Below, piece after piece: positions 21,603 to 31,639 of a stretch of DNA of 64,000 bases; the first letter of the stretch is position 1; every line of letters begins with the position of its first letter. The position numbers were made by a program, and so were the translations under genes. The stretch is from Angustibacter luteus (GTDB lineage: Bacteria > Actinomycetota > Actinomycetes > Actinomycetales > Angustibacteraceae): assembly GCF_039541115.1 (NCBI RefSeq), contig NZ_BAABFP010000004.1, positions 434,001-498,000 of the forward strand. Reading direction: 5' to 3'. The notes beneath the pieces were generated by a model. That model was not told where the DNA came from. It searched no databases and saw only the letters and a program-made list of their open reading frames with translations.

Positions 21603-23633
21603 ATGACCGAAACCATGCTCTTCTTGGTACTCGGGTTCGGCGCGGGTGCGATCTACGGCATTCTTGCCCTGGGCCTCGTGCTGAAGTATCGGGCCGCGGG
21701 TGTCGTTGACTTTGCGCATGGCGCAGTCGCGATGATGTGCGCCTTCCAATTCGTGTCCCTGCGCGACGACGGCGACTTCACGTTTCCCTGGCCCGTGCTC
21801 CCGCACACACTGCACATCTCTGACACCGGGGTACCGCTCCCGACCAGCATCGCGTGGACGCTGATCTTCTCGGCTCTGCTCGGGGCCTTGCTCTACTACG
21901 TGGTCTACAGGCCATTGCAGCGGTCGACGCCGCTCACCAAGGTCTGCGCCTCGGTCGGCGTGATGCTGTACCTGCAGGCCACGGCCGTCCTCAACTACGG
22001 CACCTCCGGTCGATCCACGGCTCCCGTCCTGCCCAGCAGCACGATCACTATCGCTGGGGTGCCGATCCCGACCGACAGGTTGTGGCTCAGTGCCCTTGTC
22101 GTCCTACTCGCTCTCGTGCTCGCCTACGTGTACCGCCGAACGCTATTCGGGCTGCGCACCAGAGCTGGAGCCGAGAGCGATGTTGGCTCCGCGGTCATGG
22201 GCCTGTCGTCCACTCGCATCGCGATGCAGAACTGGATTCTCGCGACGGTCCTCGCTGGCGTCTCAGGCATTCTCCTGTCGCCCATCTCGAACCTGGACCC
22301 GACTTCGTACACGCTCTTCATCGTTCCCGCGCTGTGTGTCGCGCTCCTGGCAGGATTCCGCTCGTTCATCGGCACCGCACTTGCCGGACTAGCCCTCGGC
22401 ATGGCCCAGTCCCAGATCGTGCACATTCTCTCGTCGCACCAGAACCTGCCCCAGCAAGGAATCTCAGAAGGTATCCCGTTCCTTGTCATCCTCGTCATCA
22501 TGACCTGGCGCGGTCGAAGCCTCATCCCTCGTGGCGAGCTAGCCGACCCCGACTATCCGAAGGTTGGTCGGCCCAGCGCTCCCTTCAAGACCGCGCTGCT
22601 GACCCTGATTGCCGGCTCAGTCGTCCTGATGCTGCTGCACGGCTCACTCAAGGCCGCCTTCATGACCTCGATCATCTGGACCTGTCTGGCACTCTCGCTT
22701 GTAGTCCTGACTGGATTTGTCGGACAGGTTTCATTGGCGCAGTTGAGCTTCGCAGGATTCTCCGGCTTCATCGTGGCACGCGTCTCCGCAGACCTGGGCA
22801 TCAACTTCCCCTTGTCGCTGCTTATCGCCTCGGTCGCCGCGGTACCGCTGGGTCTGCTCATCGGACTGCCGGCCCTGCGCGTCCGCGGCGTCAACTTGGC
22901 CATCGTGACGCTCGCCGCTGGATCCGCGCTCGACGTCCTCCTGTTCAACAACGCGAAGTTCAGCGGAGGGGACAGCGGTTTGACCGTCCCGACCCCGACG
23001 TTCATGGGCTTCAACTTGGGGATTGCCTCAGGACCTGACTACCCGCGAACCATCTTTGGTGTTCTCATCCTCGCGATCGTCATCGGCGTCGGCGTCGTGG
23101 TCGCGCGGCTGCGCAACTCATCCACTGGGCGCATGCTCTTGGCCGTACGTTCGAACGAGCGCGCAGCCGCGGCGTCGGGCATCAATGTTCCCCGAGCCAA
23201 GCTGTTGGCGTTCGGCATCTCGAGCTTCATCGCGGGCCTTGGTGGCGTGCTCCTGGCGTATCAGCAAGGCAGCGTGTCCGCGTCCTCGTTCGGGGTATTC
23301 CAGTCCCTTGGCCTGCTCGCCATCGCGTACGTCGCCGGCATAGGTCGAATTTCTGGCGCCGTCGTAGCGGGCCTGCTCCTGTCGGGTGCGGGACTCATGG
23401 TCAGCGCCTTCGACAAGTACCTCGGGCTCGGGATCTACCAGGCGGTCATCGCTGGCATCGCGCTCACGTTGACCGCTATCCAGAACCCGAACGGAATCGC
23501 AACGCCGATCCCGAGCGGGAAGAGCCCAGCGAACGCACTGGAGCGTTGGGGCCACTGGCTCGTCGGCCGTGGGGGTCACACGGCTGTGGCCGGAGAGAGT
23601 CAACCGGTGACCTCCCGTCAGGACGCAGCATGA
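21603..23633 (+). CDS. Fused ABC permease (LivH+LivM)
   Basis: Highly hydrophobic 676 aa; VVDFAHGA and GQVSLAQ..GLPALRVRG motifs of both permease halves. Confidence 0.9.
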   Translation: MTETMLFLVLGFGAGAIYGILALGLVLKYRAAGVVDFAHGAVAMMCAFQFVSLRDDGDFTFPWPVLPHTLHISDTGVPLPTSIAWTLIFSALLGALLYYVVYRPLQRSTPLTKVCASVGVMLYLQATAVLNYGTSGRSTAPVLPSSTITIAGVPIPTDRLWLSALVVLLALVLAYVYRRTLFGLRTRAGAESDVGSAVMGLSSTRIAMQNWILATVLAGVSGILLSPISNLDPTSYTLFIVPALCVALLAGFRSFIGTALAGLALGMAQSQIVHILSSHQNLPQQGISEGIPFLVILVIMTWRGRSLIPRGELADPDYPKVGRPSAPFKTALLTLIAGSVVLMLLHGSLKAAFMTSIIWTCLALSLVVLTGFVGQVSLAQLSFAGFSGFIVARVSADLGINFPLSLLIASVAAVPLGLLIGLPALRVRGVNLAIVTLAAGSALDVLLFNNAKFSGGDSGLTVPTPTFMGFNLGIASGPDYPRTIFGVLILAIVIGVGVVVARLRNSSTGRMLLAVRSNERAAAASGINVPRAKLLAFGISSFIAGLGGVLLAYQQGSVSASSFGVFQSLGLLAIAYVAGIGRISGAVVAGLLLSGAGLMVSAFDKYLGLGIYQAVIAGIALTLTAIQNPNGIATPIPSGKSPANALERWGHWLVGRGGHTAVAGESQPVTSRQDAA

Positions 23634-23723
23634 CGGTCGCAGGCCGGCCGCGCGTTTGTGGTCCGGTTGACGTCATTTGGCCCGCAGGGTCGTGTCTTGA
23701 CCCGGTCGACCCCTGGACCTCCC

Positions 23724-25904
23724 GTGATCACAAGGGTCGCTGAGGGCGAGCTGCGGGTCGCCCGCGAACTGCACGATTTCGTGCGCCTGGAAGCGCTCCC
23801 CGGAACAGGGTTGGACGAGAGAGGCTTCTGGTCGGGCGCCGCCGAGATGGTCGGTGATCTCCGGCCAGGTTTGAACGCCCTCCTGCAAGAGCGCGTGGCG
23901 ATACAAGCTGCCCTCGACGTGTACAACAGTGATCAGAATCTTCCAAAGCAAGGTGGGGGCTACGAGGCATTCCTTCGTTCGATCGAGTACGTCGTCCCCG
24001 AGCCAGAGGACTTCGAGATCACGACAACTCGCGTCGATCAGGAAATATCAAGTCAGCCGGGACCTCAGCTCGTGGTGCCGCTGCTCAATGCCAGGTTCGC
24101 AACGAACGCGGCGAACGCGCGGTGGGGCTCGCTTTACGACGCGCTCTATGGGACCGATGCGGTTCCCGAGTCTGGTCGGTTAGCGCGCAGCCGGGGGTAC
24201 AACCCGGCACGCGGGGACGAGGTCATCGGCCGAGGCAGGCGCTTCTTGGACGAGATCTTCCCGCTGACCGTTGGCTCGCATCGAAGCGCAACGTCGTATG
24301 AGGTTGGTGCTGCCGGCCTGGTGGTCCACCAAGGTGAAGAAGTCACCGTCCTCCAACGCCCCGAAGCCTTCATCGGATACATCGGCCCTCGGGAAGGCCC
24401 CTCCAGTGTCGTGCTCGTGCATCACGGGCTACACGTCATCCTCGAGTTCGACCGCGGCCACCAGATCGGTGCGAGAGACGCAGCCGGCATCTGCGACATC
24501 GTCGTCGAAGCTGCCGTCACAGCGATCATGGATCTTGAGGACTCTGTGGCTGCCGTCGACGCATCGGACAAGGTCCGCGGGTACCGAAACTGGCTTGGAC
24601 TGATGCAGGGGACACTGACGGCCGAGGTGGTCAAGAAGGATGCGTCCTTCACACGCCGGCTGCACGCGGATCGCGTGTTCAGGACGACCAGCGGCGGCGT
24701 AACCACCCTCAAGGGCACTGCGCTGCTGATGGTGCGGCACGTCGGGCATCACATGACGACCGACTCAATCCTGGACTCTCAGGGGAACGAAGTACCCGAA
24801 GGAATCGTGGATGCCCTCATCACCGCGGTCTGCGGTTTGCACGATCTCCGCGGTCCGCGGGCCGGTAGCAACTCACGGGTCGGCTCGATCTATGTGGTCA
24901 AGCCAAAGATGCACGGACCGAAGGAGGTTGCCTTCGCGTGTGAGCTCCTCCGTCGCACCGAGCAGCTCCTAGGTCTGGAGGCGTGCACGATCAAGATCGG
25001 CATCATGGACGAGGAGCGCCGCACCTCCGCCAACCTCAAGGCATGCATCCATGCCGCCAGCGATCGCGTGGCATTCATCAATACGGGTTTCCTCGACCGG
25101 ACTGGCGACGAGATTCACTCCTCGTTGTTGGCCGGACCAATGGTTCGCAAGGCTGCCATGAAGCGTCAGCCATGGATGCGCGAGTACGAGACGCAGAACG
25201 TGTCGATCGGACTGTCCTGCGGATTCCGGGGACGCGCTCAGATCGGCAAGGGCATGTGGCCGGCGCCCGACAACATGGCCGAGATGCTTGAGCAGAAGGT
25301 CTCGCATCCCTTGTCGGGCGCCAGCTGCGCCTGGGTTCCCTCACCAACAGCTGCCACTCTGCATGCCCTCCACTACCACGCCGTGGATGTCCTGACGCAT
25401 CAGGCGGAGCTCGCCCGGCCATCTCGCCATCGAAACCTGGCGCAACTGCTGACAGTCCCCCTGGGGAACCCAGACCAATGGACATCCGAGCAGCGAAGCG
25501 CGGAGATCGATAACAACATTCAGGGCATCCTTGGGTACGCAGTTCGGTGGGTCAACGACGGAGTGGGCTGCTCTAAAGTGCCCGACATCGATGGCACCCC
25601 CCTCATGGAGGACAGGGCGACCTGTCGGATCAGCTCGCAGATCGTCGCGAACTGGCTGCAGCACGGCGTTGTTGACACCGAGCAAGTTGAGGACTCGCTG
25701 CGTCGCATGGCTCTCGTCGTTGACGCCCAAAACGCAGACCAGCCTGCATATCAACCGATGGCCCCGTCATACGACGGAAGCGCTTTCCTCGCCGCCCGCG
25801 AACTTGTCATGTCGGCAGCAGAGCAGCCGTGTGGGTACACCGAACTGGTACTGCGCCGCTGGCGGCGCATTCAGAAGCGTGCCATCCCCGCGAAGCCACC
25901 CTGA
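23724..25904 (+). CDS. glcB: Malate synthase G
   Basis: NARWGSLYDALYGTD, KPKMHGP, IMDEERRT, FINTGFLDRTGDEIH, LMEDRAT; start approximate. Confidence 0.95.
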   Translation: MITRVAEGELRVARELHDFVRLEALPGTGLDERGFWSGAAEMVGDLRPGLNALLQERVAIQAALDVYNSDQNLPKQGGGYEAFLRSIEYVVPEPEDFEITTTRVDQEISSQPGPQLVVPLLNARFATNAANARWGSLYDALYGTDAVPESGRLARSRGYNPARGDEVIGRGRRFLDEIFPLTVGSHRSATSYEVGAAGLVVHQGEEVTVLQRPEAFIGYIGPREGPSSVVLVHHGLHVILEFDRGHQIGARDAAGICDIVVEAAVTAIMDLEDSVAAVDASDKVRGYRNWLGLMQGTLTAEVVKKDASFTRRLHADRVFRTTSGGVTTLKGTALLMVRHVGHHMTTDSILDSQGNEVPEGIVDALITAVCGLHDLRGPRAGSNSRVGSIYVVKPKMHGPKEVAFACELLRRTEQLLGLEACTIKIGIMDEERRTSANLKACIHAASDRVAFINTGFLDRTGDEIHSSLLAGPMVRKAAMKRQPWMREYETQNVSIGLSCGFRGRAQIGKGMWPAPDNMAEMLEQKVSHPLSGASCAWVPSPTAATLHALHYHAVDVLTHQAELARPSRHRNLAQLLTVPLGNPDQWTSEQRSAEIDNNIQGILGYAVRWVNDGVGCSKVPDIDGTPLMEDRATCRISSQIVANWLQHGVVDTEQVEDSLRRMALVVDAQNADQPAYQPMAPSYDGSAFLAARELVMSAAEQPCGYTELVLRRWRRIQKRAIPAKPP

Positions 25905-26146
25905 CCGCCAACGCCCCAGGACCGGAGCCACGTTTGCCTCGGCCCGAACTCGTTGACCTCAGTCCGAGGGCCCTAGGGAGGGTCCGAGGACAAGTCGGTT
26001 TCAGGAACAGTGGGAGACCGCCCCCGACGCATTTGCGTCGGCTCAGACCTGGCCCGCCATGCGGACCAGTGGACCGTATAGCGGTTCGCATGACATGCTG
26101 GTGCCTCCGCCAGTCATCGCGTGAGCCTTGACCCGTCTGGAGAATC

Positions 26147-27385
26147 GTGTCCGAACTACCACTGAGTGGAGTACGCGTCGTCGATCTGACACGTGCTCTG
26201 GCTGGCCCGTTCTGCACCTCACTGCTCGGCGACTTCGGTGCTGACGTCGTGAAGGTCGAGGGACTGCCGCTCGGCGACGCCACACGACACTGGCCGCCGT
26301 TCAATGGAGCGCGAAGCCTCTACTTCCTGAGCACGAACCGCAACAAGCGGTCGATTGCGCTCGACCTGCGCACGCCGGAAGCCAAGTCGATCTTGTCTGA
26401 CCTTGTCGCCGACGCCGACGTCCTCGTGGAGAACTTTCGCCCCGGTGTGCTGACCAAGCTTGGCTTGGACCCAGCACGGCTGCGGCAAGAGCGACCGGAC
26501 CTCGTGATCTCTAGCATCAGTGGATTCGGCGAGGTCGGCCCGATGAGTCAGGACGTCGGACTCGATCAGGTGGCCCAGGGCATGGCCGGGCTGATGTCGG
26601 TTACTGGTGCAGGAGACCAGACACCGATGAGAGTCGGCATTCCGGTGGTCGACCTCGCAGCCGGCATGCTCTCCGCCTTCGGGGTCGCCGCCAGCCTGGC
26701 TGGACGGGCGCACAATGGGCGCGCCAGCCGGGTGAACGCCTCGCTCCTTGAGAGCGCGATCTCGATGATGACGTTCCAAGCGCAGCGCTACCTCTCGCTT
26801 GGCGAAGTCCCCGATCCGCAGGGCAACGACCATCCATTGATCTCGCCGTACGGCACCTTCCAGGCATCCGACGGCAGCCTGAACGTCGCCGTTGGGTCCC
26901 AAGCCCAATGGGTGTCGCTCTGTGACGTGCTCGGGTCTCCGGAGCTCGCCTCGCGCCCCGAATACGCCGAGCCCGCGCAGCGCACACACAATCGCCGTGC
27001 GCTGTCAGATGAGCTCAACGCCCTCTTTATGACCCGGCCCGCCGATGACTGGATGGCGGCCCTGCGGCAAGTCGGGGTGCCATGCGGACCGGTGTACGCG
27101 ATGGACGAGGTCTTCGCGGATGCCCAAGTGCAAGCCCTCGGGATGGTTCGAACCGTCGGAGAAGGCCCGGAAGCCGATGTGCTCCTTCGAGGTCCCCTCT
27201 GGGTCGATGAGCAGGCCAGTGGAATCACCCGACGACCACCACTATTGGGTGAGCACAGCCGCGAGGTCCTTCACGAGCTCGGCTACGTCGACGACCTGGT
27301 GGACAACCTCGTGCGCCGCGGTGTCGTTGGAACGGCCGACCGGGACATCGCCGCTGCGCAGTCCACTGCGGAGGCCAGATCGTGA
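26147..27385 (+). CDS. CaiB/BaiF family III CoA-transferase
   Basis: LAGPFC, NRNKRS, VENFRPG, PPLLGEH. Confidence 0.92.
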   Translation: MSELPLSGVRVVDLTRALAGPFCTSLLGDFGADVVKVEGLPLGDATRHWPPFNGARSLYFLSTNRNKRSIALDLRTPEAKSILSDLVADADVLVENFRPGVLTKLGLDPARLRQERPDLVISSISGFGEVGPMSQDVGLDQVAQGMAGLMSVTGAGDQTPMRVGIPVVDLAAGMLSAFGVAASLAGRAHNGRASRVNASLLESAISMMTFQAQRYLSLGEVPDPQGNDHPLISPYGTFQASDGSLNVAVGSQAQWVSLCDVLGSPELASRPEYAEPAQRTHNRRALSDELNALFMTRPADDWMAALRQVGVPCGPVYAMDEVFADAQVQALGMVRTVGEGPEADVLLRGPLWVDEQASGITRRPPLLGEHSREVLHELGYVDDLVDNLVRRGVVGTADRDIAAAQSTAEARS

Positions 27386-29181
27386 GCGATGAGGCCGGTT
27401 CGCTGATCCTGTCCGAACCGGACCTACATTTCATGCTGTACGACTGGCTCGATGTCGAGAAGCTCACTGAGCATGAGCGATTTGCCGAACACTCGCGCGA
27501 GGTCTTCGATGCTGTGCTCGACCTGGCCGCCGATCTCGCGACGCTGAACTTCGCCCCGCACAATCGCCTCAGCGACCTAAATGAGCCGACCTTCGACGGT
27601 GCACACGTAGCCGTCATACCTGAGGTCGCGCAGGCGCTACAGGCCTACGGCAGGTCGGGTCTGCTCGGCAGCGCCATGGACGAAGCAGTCGGTGGCGGAC
27701 AGCTGCCGCAAGTCGTCGGTCGTGCATGCTTCACGTGGCTGCAGGCGGCCAACTCGGCCACGGCTGCATATCCACTACTCACCATGGGCAACGCCAACCT
27801 CCTGGCCACCTTCGGCACGCCACAGCAGATCGAACAATTCGTTCGCCCGATGGTCGAGGGCCGGTTCTTCGGCACGATGTGCTTGTCGGAGTCGCAGGCA
27901 GGCTCATCGCTCGGCGACGTGACCACCCGCGCAGTGCCGCAGCCGGACGGCACTTTTCGACTCTTCGGCGACAAGATGTGGATCAGTGGCGGCGACCACG
28001 AGATGAGCGAGAACATCCTGCACCTCGTGCTGGCGCGGGTCGAAGGAGCGCCCGCCGGCGTTCGGGGACTGAGTCTGTTTCTGGTGCCGCGCATACTCCT
28101 GGGCGAGGACGGCAGCCCGGGGCAACGCAATGACGTGATCGCCACCGGGCTGAATCACAAGATGGGCTACCGAGGCACCGTCAACGCCGTGCTGGCCTTC
28201 GGCAGCGGAAGCCACCTCCCCGACGGTGAGCCCGGAGCGATCGGTCAGCTGGTCGGAGAGCTCGGACACGGCCTCGATCACATGTTCCACATGATGAACG
28301 AGGCCCGGGTTGCAGTGGGCGCCAGCGCCGTCGGACTGGGGTACACGAGCTACCTGCACGCCCTTGCCTACGCGCGGGCTCGTTCGCAGGGGAGACTTCC
28401 TGGTCACAAGGATCCACGAACGCCTCAGGTCGCCCTCATCGTCCACCCGGACGTTCGTCGGATGTTGCTCGCCAGCAAGTCGTACGTCGAGGGCGGACTC
28501 GCCCTGGTTCTGTACGCCGCCAAGCTTCTCGACCTGAAAGCAATCGCCGACGACGAAGAAGAGGCTGCGCGCCTCGACCTCCTGTTGGGTGTGCTCACCC
28601 CGATCGTTAAGGCCTGGCCCTCACAGTGGTGCCGCAAGGCCAATGATCTCTCCATCCAGATACATGGCGGCGCCGGCTACACGCGGGACTTCCCGGTCGA
28701 ACAGTTCTATCGAGATGCTCGGTTGAACCCGATCCATGAAGGCACCGACGGCATACAGGCGCTGGACCTACTCGTGCGAAAGCTGGCGACGCCTACGCTG
28801 ACTGAGCTCGAGGTGCTGCGAGCATCCTGTCAAGCAACGATAGATAAGACTCCCGAGGAGCTTTCCGCCTTCGCGGGGCAGCTAGGCGGAGCTGTCGACC
28901 TTCTCGTTGGAGTGACACAGCGGTTGCGCGACGCTGGCGACCCACTGTTGCTCGCTGCTCAGGCCACTGCGTTCGCCGATGCGGCCGGACACATTGTGGT
29001 TGCCTGGATGTGGCTCGAGCAGATGATCGCTGCCCAACGTGGTGCCAACCGAATCCATGAGGGCAAGCGGCTGGCCGGTCGGTACTTCTTCGCCTACGAG
29101 CTCCCCATGGCAGTTCGCACACTCGACCTCGTCGACGATCACGACCGCATCGTCGTGGATCTGGATGACAACTTCCTGTGA
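27382..29181 (+). CDS. Acyl-CoA dehydrogenase
   Basis: GTMCLSE..AGS, KMWISGG, QIHGGAGY, PIHEGT. Confidence 0.92.
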   Translation: MSDEAGSLILSEPDLHFMLYDWLDVEKLTEHERFAEHSREVFDAVLDLAADLATLNFAPHNRLSDLNEPTFDGAHVAVIPEVAQALQAYGRSGLLGSAMDEAVGGGQLPQVVGRACFTWLQAANSATAAYPLLTMGNANLLATFGTPQQIEQFVRPMVEGRFFGTMCLSESQAGSSLGDVTTRAVPQPDGTFRLFGDKMWISGGDHEMSENILHLVLARVEGAPAGVRGLSLFLVPRILLGEDGSPGQRNDVIATGLNHKMGYRGTVNAVLAFGSGSHLPDGEPGAIGQLVGELGHGLDHMFHMMNEARVAVGASAVGLGYTSYLHALAYARARSQGRLPGHKDPRTPQVALIVHPDVRRMLLASKSYVEGGLALVLYAAKLLDLKAIADDEEEAARLDLLLGVLTPIVKAWPSQWCRKANDLSIQIHGGAGYTRDFPVEQFYRDARLNPIHEGTDGIQALDLLVRKLATPTLTELEVLRASCQATIDKTPEELSAFAGQLGGAVDLLVGVTQRLRDAGDPLLLAAQATAFADAAGHIVVAWMWLEQMIAAQRGANRIHEGKRLAGRYFFAYELPMAVRTLDLVDDHDRIVVDLDDNFL

Positions 29182-29536
29182 ATGTCGGCCTCCCCGGACA
29201 ATGGGTAGGTCATGAGGTCGAGTCGACCTCCAGATCCAGCTAGCAATACTCGCTCGCGTCCCAGACGCTGTCGGCGTAGTGCTCCATCGTGAACATCGCG
29301 GCACGAAGAAGCCGAACCTCAGAGCGGTCGAAGGTCAGGCTTCCGTCGTCGCTCCGTCGCATCGCTGGACCCTACGACTGTGATCGTCGAGAAGCAATCA
29401 GTTGCCGCTCATAGGCAAGACCGCGCACGGTCGGCGGCAGATCCGGGCGGCTTGGGAGCAGGTCCAAGGTCAGCAGACGAGTGGCGTTTTGCGCAGAACG
29501 ACGGCGCTGCGTCACGGGCCCGGCTAGCGTCGCCGC

Positions 29537-29842
29537 ATGCTCCTGCGCCGCCGCCCTGCCCTCCTGCTGTTCGTGTCGCTTGTGGTGCTGTTGTTCGGCG
29601 TGTGGCTACTGCTGGCTGAAAGCCCGCTTCTGAGGCCCTGGGAGCACCTGTCGGACGCGGATCTAGAGAGCTACCGCAAGGTCCTGCCCGAGACGTGTGG
29701 ATTGGTCTGCACTCTTGACTCGACGGATAGGCAGACGTTGATGGGCGCTGCGCTCACGGCGCTTGGCGTTGTCGGGCTCGGCTTCTCTGGCTGGGCCGCA
29801 GTGTCGAAGCGGCGCCACATCACTACCCCAAAGGCGTCCTAG
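29537..29842 (+). CDS. Small hypothetical membrane protein
   Basis: Two hydrophobic segments; TAGCGT -10-like hexamer 6 nt before ATG (leaderless-type). Confidence 0.55.
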   Translation: MLLRRRPALLLFVSLVVLLFGVWLLLAESPLLRPWEHLSDADLESYRKVLPETCGLVCTLDSTDRQTLMGAALTALGVVGLGFSGWAAVSKRRHITTPKAS

Positions 29843-29894
29843 GAGCCGCCCTCACCGCGGCAGATGAGTGCGTTTCATGTGGCACGATTTCGCC

Positions 29895-30167
29895 GTGGAC
29901 CGCGCCTGCTACGAGGAGATCGCCGGCATCCTGCACGGACTTCTGATCCGGCTGGATGACCGACTGCCTGGCAAGGACATCACGCTGATCGCGGAGTTCA
30001 TCGACGCGAACGAACTGGGTTTGGCCTTGGAGCAGTTGGCCGACGTACTGAGCGAGGACGAGAAGCCGCTCTCGCCAGAGGAGCGGGCCAACATACTTGC
30101 TCTCGTCGATCGCATGCAGATGGATGATCGAGTCCCTCACGCCTTGACCTTCTGTCCGGCGAGGTAG
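29895..30167 (+). CDS. MafI-like immunity protein
   Basis: EFIDANELGLALEQLADVLSE resembles the MafI family motif; GTG start 6 nt after CACGAT. Confidence 0.6.
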   Translation: MDRACYEEIAGILHGLLIRLDDRLPGKDITLIAEFIDANELGLALEQLADVLSEDEKPLSPEERANILALVDRMQMDDRVPHALTFCPAR

Positions 30168-30192
30168 CGCCCAAGGCGCGCCCGTGCACGCT

Positions 30193-30332
30193 CCGCGGCA
30201 GATCCGGGCGAGCGGTCGCCCTCACCGCGGCAGATCCGGGCGAGCGGTCGCCCTCACCGCGGCAGATCCGGGCGAGCGGTCGCCCTCACCGCGGCAGATC
30301 CGGGCGAGCGTAGGCGCCCTCAACGCGGCAGG
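30193..30332 (+). repeat. Tandem 32-bp repeat CGCCCTCACCGCGGCAGATCCGGGCGAGCGGT
   Basis: Units at 30217, 30249 and 30281 plus partial flanking copies. Confidence 0.95.
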
Positions 30333-30382
30333 AGCGGATGGCTACAGCCGCTGGTGCGGGGGGGGCGTCGGGTGACCCTCGC

Positions 30383-30853
30383 TCAGCGTTGCTTGCCCTC
30401 GCGGAACAGGCTCACGGCCTTCTGTATTCGCCGGGCACGGGTCTCCGGCGTCTTCGCGGAGTTGATGTTGTCTATGTGATAGCGCTGGATGCTGTTCGAC
30501 AGTCCATCGAAGAACGTCTGCGCTTCCTGATCGGCGGCCAGGGCGGCGGCGAAATCCTCCGGCACAATCACTTCGCGAGGCGCCGTGGCCACGGCGAGCG
30601 TCACGGTGACGGGATGTCCTGGTTCGAGGCCCGTTGCCTGCCTGACCGACGCGTTCACGCCGATCAAGTACGTCCCGCCCATGACAGCCACTGTGCTGCG
30701 GTAGCCGAAGCCGTCAAGATCCACATGCACCGCAGGGCGGCGTCCCGCGCCGAGTCGCTGGATCACATCGTCGGGGACGACGATGCCGGCCTTGCCCCCA
30801 GAGCCGGCGATCGTGGTTCGGAATGCAACAGCTTCGGCGGCACCTTCAGTCAT
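30383..30853 (-). CDS. DUF1905 + YdeI/OmpD-associated domain protein
   Basis: YRSTVAVMGG, VPEDFAAAL, AKTPETRARRI; AAGGAG RBS. Confidence 0.88.
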   Translation of the reverse strand: MTEGAAEAVAFRTTIAGSGGKAGIVVPDDVIQRLGAGRRPAVHVDLDGFGYRSTVAVMGGTYLIGVNASVRQATGLEPGHPVTVTLAVATAPREVIVPEDFAAALAADQEAQTFFDGLSNSIQRYHIDNINSAKTPETRARRIQKAVSLFREGKQR

Positions 30854-31036
30854 GTGTACTCCTTATGAACGGCCCGCCTCCGGGCTTCGAACAGTCGGTA
30901 GACCGCCGTCCACGCCCGCACTCATCGCTGTGCAGAGGAGGCTAACTCCCGATAGCCGCCACCGGCGGCCGCGAGCGATAAGCGCTCGTCGGCGTAGCCG
31001 CCCTCAACGCGGCATGTCGGGCGTCGAAATCGGCGG

Positions 31037-31639
31037 TCAGTGACCCAGTGAGGCGAGCAGGCTCATGGTGAGGTTGACCTGGTCTTCGAGCTCAAGACGA
31101 CCCTGGGACCAGGATTCCCACGGCCCGTCTGCGCTGAGGAAGCGGTCGGAGTGACTGGCGCCGGTTCTGCGGTCGACGCTGACAAGGGCGGCCATTGCCC
31201 ACCACTGGTCGTAGCGCGCCTCGACGTCAGGGAGCCAGCGATCCAAGTAGGCAGTGAGCTGCTCTGTGGCCAGGGTGGTTCCAATGCTCGCCAGTGCGAT
31301 GCAGTAACCCTGGCCTGAGTACACAAGCTGGCTCTCGATCAGTAGCTCACCGACTAAGGGCACGAAGTGCTCGCGTCTGGAGGCGGCGACGAGGTACGCC
31401 GCCGTCAGCCGACTTCGCCATTCGGAGGAAAGCAGAACTCCGACCGCGTCGTCGTTGATCTCGCCCGCGTCATTAAGCAGCGCATACACGAACCGAAGGC
31501 GCTCCTGCTCGGGCTTCGCCAGGTAGTTTCCATGAAGCAGTTCCAGGTATCGCCGGTCGGGCATCACGAATCGCTCGAAGAGTCCCGTCAACTCGGGGTC
31601 GTCGTCGTAGGGCATGGGGATCTCGCGCTCGTCTGGCAC
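31037..31639 (-). CDS. DUF6000-like hypothetical protein
   Basis: RRYLELL, EWRSRLTAA, S..VYSGQGYC.ALA, YLDRWL, YDQ.WA; start uncertain. Confidence 0.65.
   Translation of the reverse strand: MPDEREIPMPYDDDPELTGLFERFVMPDRRYLELLHGNYLAKPEQERLRFVYALLNDAGEINDDAVGVLLSSEWRSRLTAAYLVAASRREHFVPLVGELLIESQLVYSGQGYCIALASIGTTLATEQLTAYLDRWLPDVEARYDQWWAMAALVSVDRRTGASHSDRFLSADGPWESWSQGRLELEDQVNLTMSLLASLGH

Noticed and set aside
30193..30332. CRISPR array (32-bp periodic repeat)
   Set aside because: Units are contiguous with no unique spacers; no cas genes in the window.
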